From assembly GCA_951406725.2 (NCBI GenBank), contig OX597815.1:198648001-198712000 (forward strand): 64,000 nucleotides of DNA, written 5' to 3'. Of this stretch, positions 1 to 12,931 are shown one piece after another. A program made the translations under genes and the position numbers. Every line of letters begins with the position of its first letter. Position 1 is the stretch's first letter. The DNA is from Octopus vulgaris. Taxonomy: Eukaryota. The notes beneath the pieces were generated by a model. That model was not told the origin of the DNA. It made no database searches and saw only the letters and a list, made by a program, of their open reading frames with translations.

Positions 1-557
1 TTATCAAAGAATAAATTCTACTCCTTCTCCGTGTTCCTTTCTCATCATCATCGGCAGCAACAACAGCACCAGCAGTAATAGTAGTAGCAGCAGGAAGCGG
101 AGGTGAATTAAATGATATAACGGTCATGACTGATCGAGAAGATATTTGCATGGCGTAGTAACATACTTTTAACTTCTGTGTAGGAATCAAAACGTGAAGG
201 CTTGTTTTTTTTTTTTCTGGTTTGGTTCAGAGTTTGTTACATTTCATAGAGGTACGCAACGTTGAATATGATTTACGATCTAGGGAGTCCGAAACGAGTT
301 CATAAAGAGGTGAAGCTGTCAGCTTTTCGAAAGGGTAATAACAGTTGACATGAATCAAATTTCCTTAAACGAAATATATCATTGATCCACTTTAATAGCA
401 GCATACTTATTGCTATGCTTTACAGTAACTGCCATGATTGTTTTAAGCGTATTCTTCTATTTTTGTATGCAATAAATTCCTAAATATTTAGATAAACGGT
501 TCAGTAGAAAACTGCTTCCTATACATACATTCAAACATACACAGTGGGGAAGAGACC

Positions 558-571
558 GATAGATAGATAGG

Positions 572-664
<93 letters not shown>
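558..664. repeat. (GATA)n microsatellite
   Basis: Near-perfect AGAT tetranucleotide run; explains the YLSI-repeat ORF at 531..728. Confidence 0.97.
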
Positions 665-665
<1 letters not shown>

Positions 666-1333
666 CAGCTTTTTAAAATATATATCGAGAAAGATCGTTT
701 TTATTGTTAAACTTTTTTTTAATAACATTAGCCAAATGTTATAGATTTGAAAATAAAATGTAAAGCAATTTCTGTGTGCATCAGAATTTATACATTTTAA
801 TCTACAACGCTTCTCGAAAATCGGTTAAACCATCTAGGTATAACACAGAAATGTGTTTTCTCTTTTGTACTAGGCCGAAGAACCGTACCTTTTATGGCGT
901 TATAATAATGAGAAAATAGATATATGTGAATTTCAAGCCTTTCCAATAAGACATAATTTTTCGGAGCAACCATCCTATTCTACGGTGAAGAGATCTCCTA
1001 TATAATGAAGAAGCATTGCAGTGAATATATATGTGTGTGTGTGGTTCCTCTGCTTTGTGGCAGAAGTAGGAAGAAAGAGTGAGAGAAAGTTGTTGTGTAG
1101 CCCACCATGGTGTAACTCACTATGGAGTGGTAAACTTTCAGACCCTAGACTAGATTGCAATGGTTCAGCTCTCCCCCCGTTAAAAGCCACCGTTTACAGA
1201 ATGAGCATAACAACGTAGCTTTTGCGCCCCTATGGTGAGTGGATCTTCAAGTTGCCACATGCATTCTTAGTAGCATAGAGTAGGCTCGAATTAGAGATTA
1301 TTCTTTGTGGCTAATGGCGTGAGTCCTGATTGG

Positions 1334-1730
1334 AAGGAGAAGGAGAAGAAGAAGAAGAAGAAGAAGAAGAAGAAGAAGAAGAAGAAGAAGAAGAAAAAGA
1401 AGAAGACGAAGAAGAAGAAAAAGAAAAAGAAGACGAAGAAGAATAAGAAGAAGACGAAGAAGAAGAAAAAGAAGAAGACGAAGAAGAAGAAAAGAAGAAG
1501 AAGAAGAAGAAGAAGAAGAAGAAGACGAAGAAGAAGAAGGAGACGAAGAAGAAGAAGAAGAAGAAGAAGAAGAAGAAGAAGAAGAAGAAGAAGAAGAAGA
1601 AGAAGAAGAAAAAGAAGACGAAGAAGAAGAAAAGAAGAAGAAGAAGAAGAAGAAGAAGAAGAAGGAGAAGAAGAAGAAGAAGAAGAAGAAGAAGAAGAAG
1701 AAGAACGACAACAACAACAACAACAACAAC
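1334..1730. repeat. (AAG)n followed by (AAC)n compound microsatellite
   Basis: About 370 bp of GAA repeats with occasional GAC/AAA variants, then (CAA)n; source of the poly-K/R/E and poly-S/F/L ORFs. Confidence 0.97.
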
Positions 1731-2454
1731 TGACTGGTTTCCGCCTTCTTTTTGTGGTGATGGAAGAAGCGGCGAGATACTATAACGTTCAAAATTACGT
1801 CAAATGTTCTAAGAAGTGAAAAAATGCGTCTCAAGTTGGACTCGAACTCAGTATGTATAACTCTGATTAGTAGAAATTTACTTCTTGCTACATTGCTAGC
1901 CATTAAATGTGTTGAGCATATTAACAACCTACTGATTTAACTCGATTATACATATATCTTGATCAAATTAGACGAACACCATAGAATAAACTTAAGCTTC
2001 AGGCAAATCAAGTCTCACAACCTGATTTCCATTATTTGTTATTGCAATTTAGCATTTCACCTACGTCATTAATGCCCTTGAGAAAGGCATAAACATCGCA
2101 AAGTCTTATTTCCCCTTCCCATAGAGTTCTAAGGTATGGTCTCCTATAAAAGAAATCAATTTCTTGATCAAATTAGCCTTCACACTCTACTGACTAGAGT
2201 AAATTCCTTGTCTGTGGAGATAGCGAGAGGCAGAGAGAGAGAGAGAGACAGAGAGAGAGACAGAGAGAGAGACGGAGAGAGACAGAGAGAGAGAGTAGAG
2301 GGTGGGAGGGGAAAACTGAGACAGAGTGACAAGGGTTTTCTCCCTTAAGGTTTATTTTATTAAGTCTCAACTTCATTGAACAGAAGTTCAGAGAAAAGAT
2401 CACAGGGGCGGCAAACAATATTTAGTTTCTTCTGAGATCAATATTTACGACTAT

Positions 2455-2476
2455 TCATCATCATCACCATCATCAC

Positions 2477-2526
<50 letters not shown>

Positions 2527-2838
2527 CCGTCCTCTTCCCCATCATCATCATCATCATCATCACCGTCATCATCATCATCATCTTCAGCATCATCGTTGTC
2601 GTCGTCATCGTCGTCGTTGTCATCATCATCATCATCATCATCATCTTCAGCATCATCACAACCGTCGTGATTATAATAAAAACATTAAAAATGAAAAGAG
2701 AAAGGCAACAAATAATATTAGAATCATTACATTCCATTCTTCAACTTGAAAAGTTTTTAACGTCGATAGTAATAGAGAGACTATTTCTATTTTATCATCA
2801 TCATCGTCATCATCATCATCATCATCATCATTATTATA

Positions 2839-2901
<63 letters not shown>

Positions 2902-2959
2902 TCTTAACGTTGTTGTTATCATAATTGTTATTATTAGCAGAAACATCATCATTATCATC

Positions 2960-3001
<42 letters not shown>
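2455..3001. repeat. (ATC)n/(ATT)n compound microsatellite block
   Basis: Several ATC and ATT trinucleotide runs separated by short unique sequence. Confidence 0.95.
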
Positions 3002-3613
3002 GTTGCTGCTGCTATTATTTGAGGTTTGAAATGACGGACAACAAAAGATCGCCATATTAAATGCTGTAACTTTATCGTTATCTCCTTTTCATCTCTCCAG
3101 TATCAATAAAATAACTAGTAGGCATGTGTATTCCTTCAACTGAATAGGTTATACACCTCCCTAAATATTTGTAGCCATTTCTATATTAAATGCAAGAAAT
3201 CGTTATGATCGTTGTTACCGAGACTGAGACTAAGGCATAAATCGTTGAGACCGAACTCAATGATTTTACATTCTTTTTTATCCAATTATGTCCTTCACCG
3301 TCCCGTGTTCAATCCTATCGAACAGGGGTTCTCATACAGTTTTTATCTATGTACGCCTTTTATTCTTATTTTTTTCAGGTGAACACTCATAGTCATTCAA
3401 TGTTTAAAAACTAGTTTTGCAGAAGCTTCTAAATTCCTATTTCTTTTCCACACATTAACCTGTGTAGGTTGAACTATGTAAAATGTTAGAGAAAGCAATC
3501 TAGCTGTTCCTGGCAATGCCTATCAATAGCTACATTTAAGGTAAAATTTCTTCAGGGACCGTTAAACCTATTGTGCATCCCCAATTAACTATTTTGTTAC
3601 CTACTGATACCAA

Positions 3614-3645
<32 letters not shown>

Positions 3646-3647
<2 letters not shown>

Positions 3648-4033
3648 TTTACTCTTTTACTTGTTTCAGTCATTTGACTGCGGCCATGCTGGAGCACTGC
3701 CTTTGGTCGAGCAAATCGACCCCGGGACTTATTCGTTGTAAGCCCAGTACTTATTCTATCGGTCTCTTTTGCCGAACCGCTAGGTGACGGGGACGTAAAC
3801 ATACCAGCATCGGTTGTCAAGCAATGCTAGGGGGACAAACACAGACACACAAACATATACACACACATACATATATGTATACATATATACGACAGGCTTC
3901 TTTCAGCTTCCGTCTACCAAATCCACTCACAAGGCATTGGTCGGCCCGGGGCTATAGCAGAAGACACTTGCCCAAGATGCCACGCAGTGGGACTGAATCC
4001 GGAACCATGTGGTTGGTAAGCAAGCTACTTACC
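3646..4033 (-). mobile_element. tRNA-derived SINE, family A (internal (TA/TG)n, (GTAAAAGA)n tail)
   Basis: Matches copies at 10484, 32301, 36773, 41483, 59079 and 60583. The family head carries A-box-like TGGCTGTGTGG and B-box-like GGTTCAGTCCC followed by a CORE-like CTTGGGCAAGT; this copy is slightly truncated at the head. Confidence 0.9.
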
Positions 4034-4034
4034 A

Positions 4035-4316
4035 CGGCGCATGGCTCTTTGGTTAGAGTGTAGAGCTCACGATCGTGAGGTTGTGAGTTCGATTCCTGGA
4101 CAGGGCTATGTGTTGTGTTCTTGAGCAAGACACTTTATTTCACGTGGCTCCAGTTAACTCAGCTGTAGAAATGAGTTGCGACATCAGTGTTGTAGAGGGG
4201 GGAGGCTGGTATGCATGGGTGACTGCTGGCCTTCCACAAACAATCTTGCCCGGACTTGTGCTTCGGAGGGTAACTTTCGATGTGCAATCCCATGGCCATT
4301 CATGACAGAAGGGGAT
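4035..4316 (+). mobile_element. tRNA-derived SINE, family C
   Basis: GGCGCATGGCTC..TGGTTAGAG (A box) and GAGTTCGATTCC (B box), then CTTGAGCAAGACACTT; homologous to 8553-8850. Confidence 0.85.
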
Positions 4317-4711
4317 CTCCTCCTATAGTTTAGGTATCAGTTAGAGGAGTTTAATACCTCTAAGGTATAGTTTAATAATTTACAACCCGATCTACTTGCC
4401 CAACGGAACAATAAACTAGCCAATATACTACAGTGAAACCTCTCCCCAGCGAAATAACCAGCACAAGAACAAAATATAATGTAAGACTAATTAATTTAGC
4501 CTCTATTACCGTCACCTTGTGTATCAATTATTTTCGCATTCTCACCGATGTATCAATCTCTTTTTCGTATTCTGAAGAGATTTACTAAAACTAGTAAATT
4601 GAAACGATCATAAATGCTACCTCCTTTGCTATTTAATTAAATGAAAGTCATACCAGCGAAAACGATGTTTCCCCCTGTTATTTACAGCCATTTTTCTTCT
4701 CGTATATATTA

Positions 4712-4810
<99 letters not shown>

Positions 4811-5100
4811 GTGTGTGTGGATTGGTCGCTGTTTAATTACGTATTTAGGAGTTGGTTGTAATTTACTTATTGAATTCATTTACCGATACAGTTATACATA
4901 GGGGAAATGCGTTTGAAAGTTGTGGTTTCTTTGGTATGTTTGTTCCCAAACAACACTTATTTTAGTGCTATTGACTCCGCCGTTACTGCCCAGGTGTCGA
5001 AATCATAATGATATACCTGGGGCAGCTAATGTTAGAGGTATTTTGGATTGTCGGTACGGCTGTTTTTGTATGTGGAATAATATTATAACACATCCTTTTG

Positions 5101-5139
<39 letters not shown>

Positions 5140-5159
5140 AACACATACAGTCACACTTC

Positions 5160-5995
5160 AATTCTACCATGGTTTTCACAACTTGATTTCAAGTTAGGAG
5201 AGTGTCTTCACATGTATACAGAATGTGTATAAAAAACACATTAGAAAACCACCAGACACCTGTATTTCAGCTTATTTGTACCATTTCACTGATAGGCAAT
5301 TAAGAGAAGCATGTCCCTGTATATAGAATTTAGAGCATAAAATGCTTGCTGAAGCGTGCTAAAGCCCGTCATTTGGTAATAAAAATTCATATGAGTATGC
5401 ACAAAAACAAAAATCAATACAGAGCACGCGAACACCTTCCTTCAAACTGGAACTTGATCCTGGTTTTAAATATCAGTAGTAGTTTGGATCAATGCTATGT
5501 ATAAAGTAATCAGAAACTGAAACACAGAATTCCTGTCCACTTTACGAGGTTTCCTTTATGGGATTTCACTTCCTGGTGGGAAAGAGAGAGTCAAAATTTT
5601 GACGACATATCGAATATTGCAAGATATACAACAAATTGTGAAATGAAGATATAGGCTGACACATTAAAGCAGAGTTGTCTAAACCAAAATCAACAAAAGG
5701 GTCAGCTAGTACTGGTAAATTATGCACTGAATTAATACAGCAACCTAAAGCTGGTAGTTTGAAATTATTTCACCCAATTTTTACGCTGAAGAATTTTTTT
5801 TTTACGAAGCTTTGGCAGAAAAGAAACTAAATTAGCAGCCGCTTATTCAATGTACCATATTCTGGCTCTTCATCCGGGAAAGATACGACTGATAAGCAGA
5901 ATTCTTATGCAATCCATTATAGATGTCAGACAATTGAAAACTTTATAGAAATCTACAATAAAAGGTTTTGCATAGTGGAAAGAAAATATTACTTC
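5160..5995 (+). mobile_element. Highly decayed LINE ORF2 fragment (region just N-terminal to the RT core)
   Basis: Broken frames give AELSKPKSTKGSASTGKLCTELIQQ and SGKDTTDKQNSYAIHYRCQ..YNKR, which resemble the LINE K(A/S)xGxDxIxxE and GKDxxDxxNYRPISL motifs. Similarity is weak. Confidence 0.35.
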
Positions 5996-6339
5996 TGACT
6001 TATTATGCGTGTATGTATGTTTTTATGTGTGTGTGTGTGCCTATGTGTGTGTTTATGTGTATGTTTTTATGTGTGGTGTGACTGTGTGCGCGCGTGTGTG
6101 TATGGTTTCCGTATTTCTCTTGCAAGATTACTGATGAGAACTGATGTTTTGAAACAAATTGTGTTGCATCTTGTAATGATTCTCCCGACATACAGCAAGC
6201 AATATGTACTAAGTTGAGAGAAAAGTGCTTTCGGATTTTTATTGGTGATTTTTGGCAACTTGTATCTTCGGTTCATATCACTAATTAGATACAACCTGTG
6301 ATCCGAATGTTGCTCAATTGCTTATTCGTTCTTTTCCAT

Positions 6340-7390
6340 GTATAACATACTAAGAGTTATAGTTTGTTTTTTTATTTTACAGCTTTCATAACGAGTAATG
6401 AAAAAATTACAATTAGAACCATTTAACACTCCTTGTAGAAACAAAACAGACAGTGCAAATGCAGCGATAAAAGAAACTAATGATGTGGAAGGCCCAGGAA
6501 ATCTCAACGAACGGGAGACACAGAACTGGTTAAAGCGTTTCAAGGAAGTTGATACCAGCCTTGAAGACAAATCAAGGCTCGGTAGAAATTCTATTGCGGA
6601 AAATAAAATTCTTGCTTGCAAAGGTTGAACAACAGTCAAGCATAAGCAATCGTACATTGCCGACAAAACTTGGTATTTCACAAAACACCATCAATCGACA
6701 TCTCCGCAAGCCAGGCCTTGTGAACAGACGCTATCGAGAAGATCCTCATGTAATGACCAATGACCATAGTCAATAATATGGGAACAGTTGAAAACAAATT
6801 CTGACAAATCCATGAGACCTTCGTTTTCGATATCGAATTCTAGCTAGACATGTTTAAAAAGTGGATTTATTTACGCAATTTTAATCAGAGAAATAAGTGG
6901 TTTCGATTCAGCGAGGCTTCATACCAACTTGTCAATCACAGGCAGTTTGAAGAGATGGCCGCATTATGTCTTTCGGGGAATATTGAGGGGTGTGTTGCAC
7001 TTAGAGCTTTTCGCAGATGGCCATACTGTGAATACCAACCTTTAAATTCAACGAATGCATGGGGTATATAATGCTTTGATCGTCCGCTACTTGGCATTGT
7101 TCAATTACAGCATTATGCCCTACCACACGCTGCCTATGTAACCAACTACAATCATGATGAAATTGAGGGGATGTATGTGCGGCTTCACCCTGCCTAATGT
7201 CAGGAACCTGCACCGTTAGATTGCGCCCTTCTTCGAGCCATGGTTATTTCTCGCACCGTTAGAGGTTCAACAATTTGGATATGGTTGAAAACGGGTGCAG
7301 GTTTTGTTTTTTTTTACCTCTAAACCTAAAATGGTATAATTGAGCTTCTGATACAAGAGTCAACAGAATATGATGGGATATATTTTAAAA
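6340..7390 (+). mobile_element. Decayed mariner (Tc1/mariner) transposase relic
   Basis: Frames give ETNDVEGPGNLNERETQNWLKRFKEVDTSLEDKSRLGR (mariner N-terminal HTH-like) and KLGISQNTINRHLRK; many stops and frameshifts downstream. TIRs not resolved. Confidence 0.75.
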
Positions 7391-8552
7391 ATCTTTTGTA
7401 TGTAATTTCTTGAACTATTAATTTAAGCTTGGGATGCCCGCACTCGCTCACACAGATACGCGTCGCGTGCGCACGTACACACACCCACACACTCTCCCAC
7501 ACTCACACACATACACACACACTCCACACACAAACTCACGTAACAGTCATATTTATAATGATGGCTTAATTTGTATAAGATATGTGTGTCGGAAAAATGA
7601 AGAACCGTTAAGAATCAGCAAAATTTGTTGCACAAATTCTTTAGAAAACTTTACAAGCTGGTGTCTTGCAGCGTCACTTACATCGTAATTGATTCCAAAA
7701 TCCGTAAGCAGAATTACTAAGGTTCAGACTTACCTAGTCTTATCTAGTCCGTCGCAGGCGGTTATTATATATTTTCTATCTTGTTAATGTAATTTACTCT
7801 TCGTTCTTACCTTGGTTGCATTATTTTCTTATTGACATTTGAAGTGTTCTTATTTCTCAGAGGACTACAATTTTTTTCTTGTACTTTTTTTATTTCATAA
7901 ACATTCGAGTGCTATATTACATCATATAAGTGTTATATTATATGTCTTATAATGTTTCTATACTTGAGTATATCAATTTCTTGTATAATTTACTTCGGTC
8001 TTTGACCTCCAGAAATATTTGAATTCTTAATTCTGCTTAGTAGACAGTTTTTATATAATAATATTCTGTTATATTTCTACAGTATTTTTTTCCAATTTTC
8101 TTTTGATGCTATTAATACATATATCCGTTGTGTCTATATGTGTGTGGGGTATGTATACCCCCCACACACGCAGACACACACATACTTATTTCACTATGTA
8201 TGCATCTATATAAGCGTAAATATTTTTGCGTTTGCTTATGTCAATGCATAAAAACAGGAAAATGTTTACACATTTGTATTAGAAACACAACTCTTTTTGC
8301 GTTAAATCTTTTTTCCTGTATGGCATTGCTAGAAGAATGTCGGTGGTCGACCTGTGAGAAATAGCAGCAAAATTTTTCACCAAATGTATAACTGATGTCT
8401 AAAATGCAAGGATTATTTAGATAATTAAGTTATAAACATAGCATGTCCGAAAATAAAATACATTAATTGCATATTTTATCTCGAATACGCTCTGTCATAC
8501 ATCTCCTCGCAAGTAGTTATATTGGTGTTACTGTGTGTGCATGCGAGAAGTT

Positions 8553-8850
8553 GCATGGCTCAGTGGTTAGAGCGTTGAACTTACAATCGTGAGGTTGTGA
8601 GTTCGAATACCGGACCGGGCAAGCCACTTTATTTCACGTTGCTCCAGTGAAATCAGATGTAGAAATGAGTTGCGACGTCACAGATGCCAAGCTCTATCTG
8701 CCTTGGATAACACTGGTGGCGTGGAGAGGAGAGGCCGGTTTGCATGGGCGACTGCTGGTCTTCCATAAACAACCTTGCCCGGACTTGTGCCTGGGAGGGT
8801 AATTTTTCTAGGTGCAATCCAATGACCAGTATTGACCGAAGTGGGGGTCT
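8553..8850 (+). mobile_element. tRNA-derived SINE, family C
   Basis: GCATGGCTCAGTGGTTAGAGCG..GAGTTCGAATACC head; body aligns with 4035-4316. Confidence 0.85.
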
Positions 8851-9299
8851 CAGTATGAACATGCATGTGTGTCTATGTCTATTGGCTTCACGTTACGGCC
8901 ACCTTAAGTTACGAGGTGTCACATTGGGAGTAATTGTAACGTATGACCATGAGCTTCGGGATACTGAAACTTACATTAACTTGTATAAATTTTAATAATT
9001 TAAAAACGACTTATTCTTCTTAGACAAAGGCCCATTCTCGACGTCTTACCTCATATCAATGCATAGTTAGCAATTTGGAAATATGTAATCACAAGACATA
9101 TACATACGTAAATTAGCAAACATATGTCCATGTGTATTTGCGTGCATTACTATAAACACTTGCGATGTGTGGGTGAAATTCGTTACTATGAATATTTGTC
9201 TCTATAAGAGATATAAAATTCTAGTCACAATAAGTTTGTGTCTTTGTGACTTTCTCTCTCTCTCTATCTCTCTCTTCCTATATGTATATATATATATGT

Positions 9300-9607
9300 G
9301 GAGGCGCAATGGCCCAGTGGTTTGGGCAGCGGACTCGCGGTCGTAGGATCGCGGTTTCGATTCCCAGACCGGGCGTTGTGAGTGTTTATTGAGCGAAAAC
9401 ACCTAAAGCTCCACGAGGCTCCGGCAGGGGATGGTGGTGATCCCTGCTGTACTCTTTCGCTACAACTTACTCTCACTCTTTCTTCTGTTGGCCCGCTCGC
9501 TTAGCCAGCGGGGTGGCGTCATTTGAAGGCTAAAAAGCAATGCGAAGCGTATTGTGACCAGCGTTGTGTAACAGCATCTGATAGCCTGGTCGGTCACGGT
9601 GATCACG

Positions 9608-9610
<3 letters not shown>
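9300..9610 (+). mobile_element. tRNA-derived SINE, family D
   Basis: GGCGCAATGGCCCAGTGGTT (A box) and GGTTTCGATTCC (B box); homologous minus-strand copies at 29488-29752 and 45505-45786; flanked by (TA)n. Confidence 0.85.
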
Positions 9611-9670
<60 letters not shown>

Positions 9671-9719
9671 AGAGAGACAGACAGACAGACAGAGAAGCAT
9701 GTTATTTCACAAATTACAC

Positions 9720-10478
9720 ACGTGTTGTTGGCGATTTCTTTTCCTTCTTTTTACTCGTCTCTTTCTCCTTTTCCGACGAAGACCCATGCACGAAACGTCA
9801 AATTCTCTCCTGAAGAGCTGTATGCGTGTTAATCCTATTTTGTTGCAGTATCTGGACCTGTATTTTGATGGCGATGTTAGTATCTTCGGAGCCATGCAGT
9901 GGAACACGATCAGGATTTTGTTTAACTCTGAATAGAAAAAAGTTTCATACAAGTACTTCCAGAATTTTACATATGTTTCCCGAATTCTTTCTATGGAATC
10001 GAGTCTTAACTTCTGCAGTGATTCCCAGTAACCACCTGTTACATTGTAAAAATCATCTTTGAGTAGCTTTGTTTGAATGCTTCAACTTCTGCCCCTGTCC
10101 AAATTCAGGTCCAGCTGTCTAAGCGGCTGAGGAGAAATGCCTCAAGGGGTATGTTCATGATTTCCTGTCCTCTCGTTCTGAATGTTCTGAGGATGTATCC
10201 GGCCAGTCAACTGTGATTTATTGACAGTTTAGTACTATGCACACGGAGCGCACTGATTATGATACAGGAATTGCAATCCCTCCAGCGCCAGTGTATACTG
10301 TCAGCATTTCATTAAGCTTCAAGGGCTGGTCACACAGGGCTTGGAATTTTCCAACAGATAAATTGCATGTTATCGCCCTCAGCGTAGCTCTATATTGGAT
10401 GAAACTCGTATTCCAGAGTTGCAGCATCTCAAGGTTTTTGAATTTTCTGAGATCCTTTTGTATCATCTGCACCACACA
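9720..10478 (-). mobile_element. Decayed CR1/L2-group LINE reverse transcriptase, 3' half
   Basis: Minus-strand frames read CGADDTK (RT xADD motif), KFQALC, GYILRTFRTRGQEIM and YWESLQKLRLDSIERIRETY, the same motif series as the 15706 ORF. Confidence 0.75.
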
Positions 10479-10483
10479 TATGT

Positions 10484-10900
10484 AGGCGTCGGAGCAGTTG
10501 TGTGGTAAGTAGCTTGATTACAAACCACATGGTTCCCGGTTCCGTCCCGCTGCGTGACAACTTGGGCAAGTGTATTCTACTATAGCCTCGTCACGACCAA
10601 AGCCTTGTGAGTGGATTCGGTAGATGGAAACTGAAAGAAGACTGTCGTATATATGTATATATATATACATATATATGTGTGTTTGTCTGTGTGTGTGTGC
10701 GTGTGTTTGTCCCCCGAACATCGCTTGACAACCGATGCTGGTGTGTTTACGTCTCCGTAATTAGCGGTTCGGCAAAAGAGAAGGATAGAATAAGTACTAG
10801 GTATCGAAAGATTACGTTCTGGGGGCGATTTGTTCGACTAAAGGCGGTGCTCAGCATGGTGACAATCAGATGACTGAAACAATTAAAGGGGTAAAAGAAT
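10484..10900 (+). mobile_element. SINE family A
   Basis: Full head, internal (TA/TG)n and 3' body matching the other copies. Confidence 0.9.
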
Positions 10901-11016
10901 AATAGTATAAACACATACCTACAAACAGACATACACACGCACGCATGCACACGCACACACATGTTATACATACATATACACATATATATATATATATATG
11001 TATGTACATCTATGCA

Positions 11017-12288
11017 TTGGGTCATCCCATAAATAATGAAGTTTTTTTTCAATTGCACGAACTAAAAGTCTGAGGCTGACGGTATAAACTACCTGCATCA
11101 ATTTACTATAAAGGCTGGTAGTGCTTTTACCATGTATTATTCTTAGTGCAAGTGTTGAAGAGTGCAGTTCGAATTTAACAGTCGTTTTTTCAAAGCTATA
11201 ATGGAAGTGACAAAGTAGCATATGCGGCATATTTTACTTTATGAGTTCAATAAAGGCAACAACACAACGGAAAGTGTGAGGAATATTAATGCATTATGGG
11301 GATCGGACAATAAGCGTATGCCAGTGTTAACCGTCGTTCCCGGAAATTCCAAGCTGAAAACTACACCCTAGAAGATTAACATCGTCCTGGAAGATCTGTA
11401 GAGCTAGACGAGGACGCCCTGCAAAATTCCATCTTAACTATTGAGGAACTAGCAGAGAAGCTTGCATATAATCATTCTACCATTAATTGAAACCTGCGTC
11501 CCATCGAAAAAATTAGCAAATTGGGTCAATGGGTTCCTCACAAAATTTCCGAGTCTAATCGTGCGCAGAGAGTGAATGTGTGCTCTTCTTTGCTGTCACG
11601 TCTCACGAATAAACCTATTTTGGACCGAATAGTGACTGGTGACGAGGAATGCGTTCTCTATAAAAACGTCAAGCGCCGAAGACAGGGTGTAGGGAAAGGA
11701 GAAACACTGGCCCCCAGGTTAAATAAGGTCTTCACCTACGTAAGCTTTTGTTATCTATTTGGTGGGATATGAAAGGTTTAGTCCACTTTTAACTTTTAAA
11801 CCCAAACAAAACGATAACAATGGAGAACTACTGCGAGTAGCTTGAGTGTCTTAAGTCAGCGCTAAAAGAAAAATAACCATCTTTGTTTTCAAGACGAAAA
11901 GTGTTTTTCCATTAGGATAATGCTCGGTCACACACAGCGAGGATGACATTCCAAAAGTTGGAGCAGTTTGAATGGGAAACGATATCCAACTCACCATATT
12001 CGCCGGACATTACTCCATCTGATTATCACTAATTCCGCAGTCTTCAAAATCATTTGGACGGGAAAACATGTGAATTCTGTTGTAGATGAGGTGAGAATAG
12101 AACTGGAGGAGTATTTTTCGTCACGGACATGTGAATTTTGGAAGAGGGGCCTTGTAAGTTTAACAGATAGATGGAAGGGCATTGTAGAAAATGAAGGAGA
12201 GTATATCTTTGAATTAAAAAATAAATTATCTTAATTTTGAAAAGTAAAAGAAGTATAAAAAAATCCGTATATTGATGGGATAACCCAA
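11017..12288 (+). mobile_element. Full-length but inactivated mariner element (~1.27 kb) with both TIRs
   Basis: Left TIR TTGGGTCATCCCATAAATAATG; right TIR (reverse complement) TTGGGTTATCCCATCAATATACG. Transposase motifs WVPH, DRIVTGDE and YSPDITPSDYH (WVPHEL/YSPDL-like). Multiple stops and frameshifts. Confidence 0.92.
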
Positions 12289-12931
12289 TGTGTATGTATT
12301 TTTGTACATATATATATATATATATCAAGTAGTTGTAGGTAAGCTCTAAAAAGCAATGATATTTATGATAAGGAATCCCAGGACAGAAGTAACTGCCATC
12401 CTCCCACCCATCCTTGCTTATAGCCAGTTTAAATTTTGATTACAACTTACCCGAGAATGATATTACATTTCTTAAATATTACTTAAATTATGTCTCTTCG
12501 AATTTCCTTGTGTGAATATTGTACTGCGTGTGTTTAGAAATAAGCATCGTCATGCATAAGTGTGTTATGATCAATCTTCATATAACTCACTTTATAATAT
12601 GAAAATCAATAGAAAAATTAATTTCGATTTATGGGATTTCATATTACATTAATATAATCAGGAAGGCGATGGATTCCTGTATAACACAATGCGCGAATCC
12701 GTTCCAGTAATGTATTCTATAAAACGTGAACAAGCACTAGAGAATAAAAATCCTATTTTCTTCTCTCAGTCTTCCTGTATAGACAGTTGTAATTATTAAT
12801 TGATAATTACAAGAATAAGTTAATGAGTACATTTCTCACAATATTTTTGATCTTGAGAAGCATTCCGTTTGATATTGAGTTAAATGTTGGTAGTAACAAT
12901 ATGAATTTATACATGATTTGCTGAGTCGGGT

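Noticed and set aside
1298-1927. Long ORFs (209 aa and 170 aa) with poly-K/R/E/S/L
   Set aside because: Pure (AAG)n microsatellite read-through. The same applies to the other homopolymer and dipeptide ORFs (2438, 2671, 19340-19716, 47989-48695, 54002-54354, 56123, 57351, 63265).
3322-3600. CAGGGGTTCTCA start suggesting a hAT/Charlie MITE (similar hint at 57330-57935)
   Set aside because: No convincing matching right TIR or 8-bp TSD found.
3824-4063. Recurrent ORFs such as ..SFRLPNPLTRLWSARGYSRR.. and ..VSVYQIHSQGFGRPEA.. suggesting a gene family
   Set aside because: These are antisense translations of SINE family A; the frames shift with the internal microsatellite length.
8553-8620. tRNA-like sequences (also at 4035, 9300 and the SINE A/B heads)
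   Set aside because: A and B boxes are present, but there is no complete cloverleaf and each continues into a multi-copy SINE body, so they are SINE heads rather than tRNA genes.
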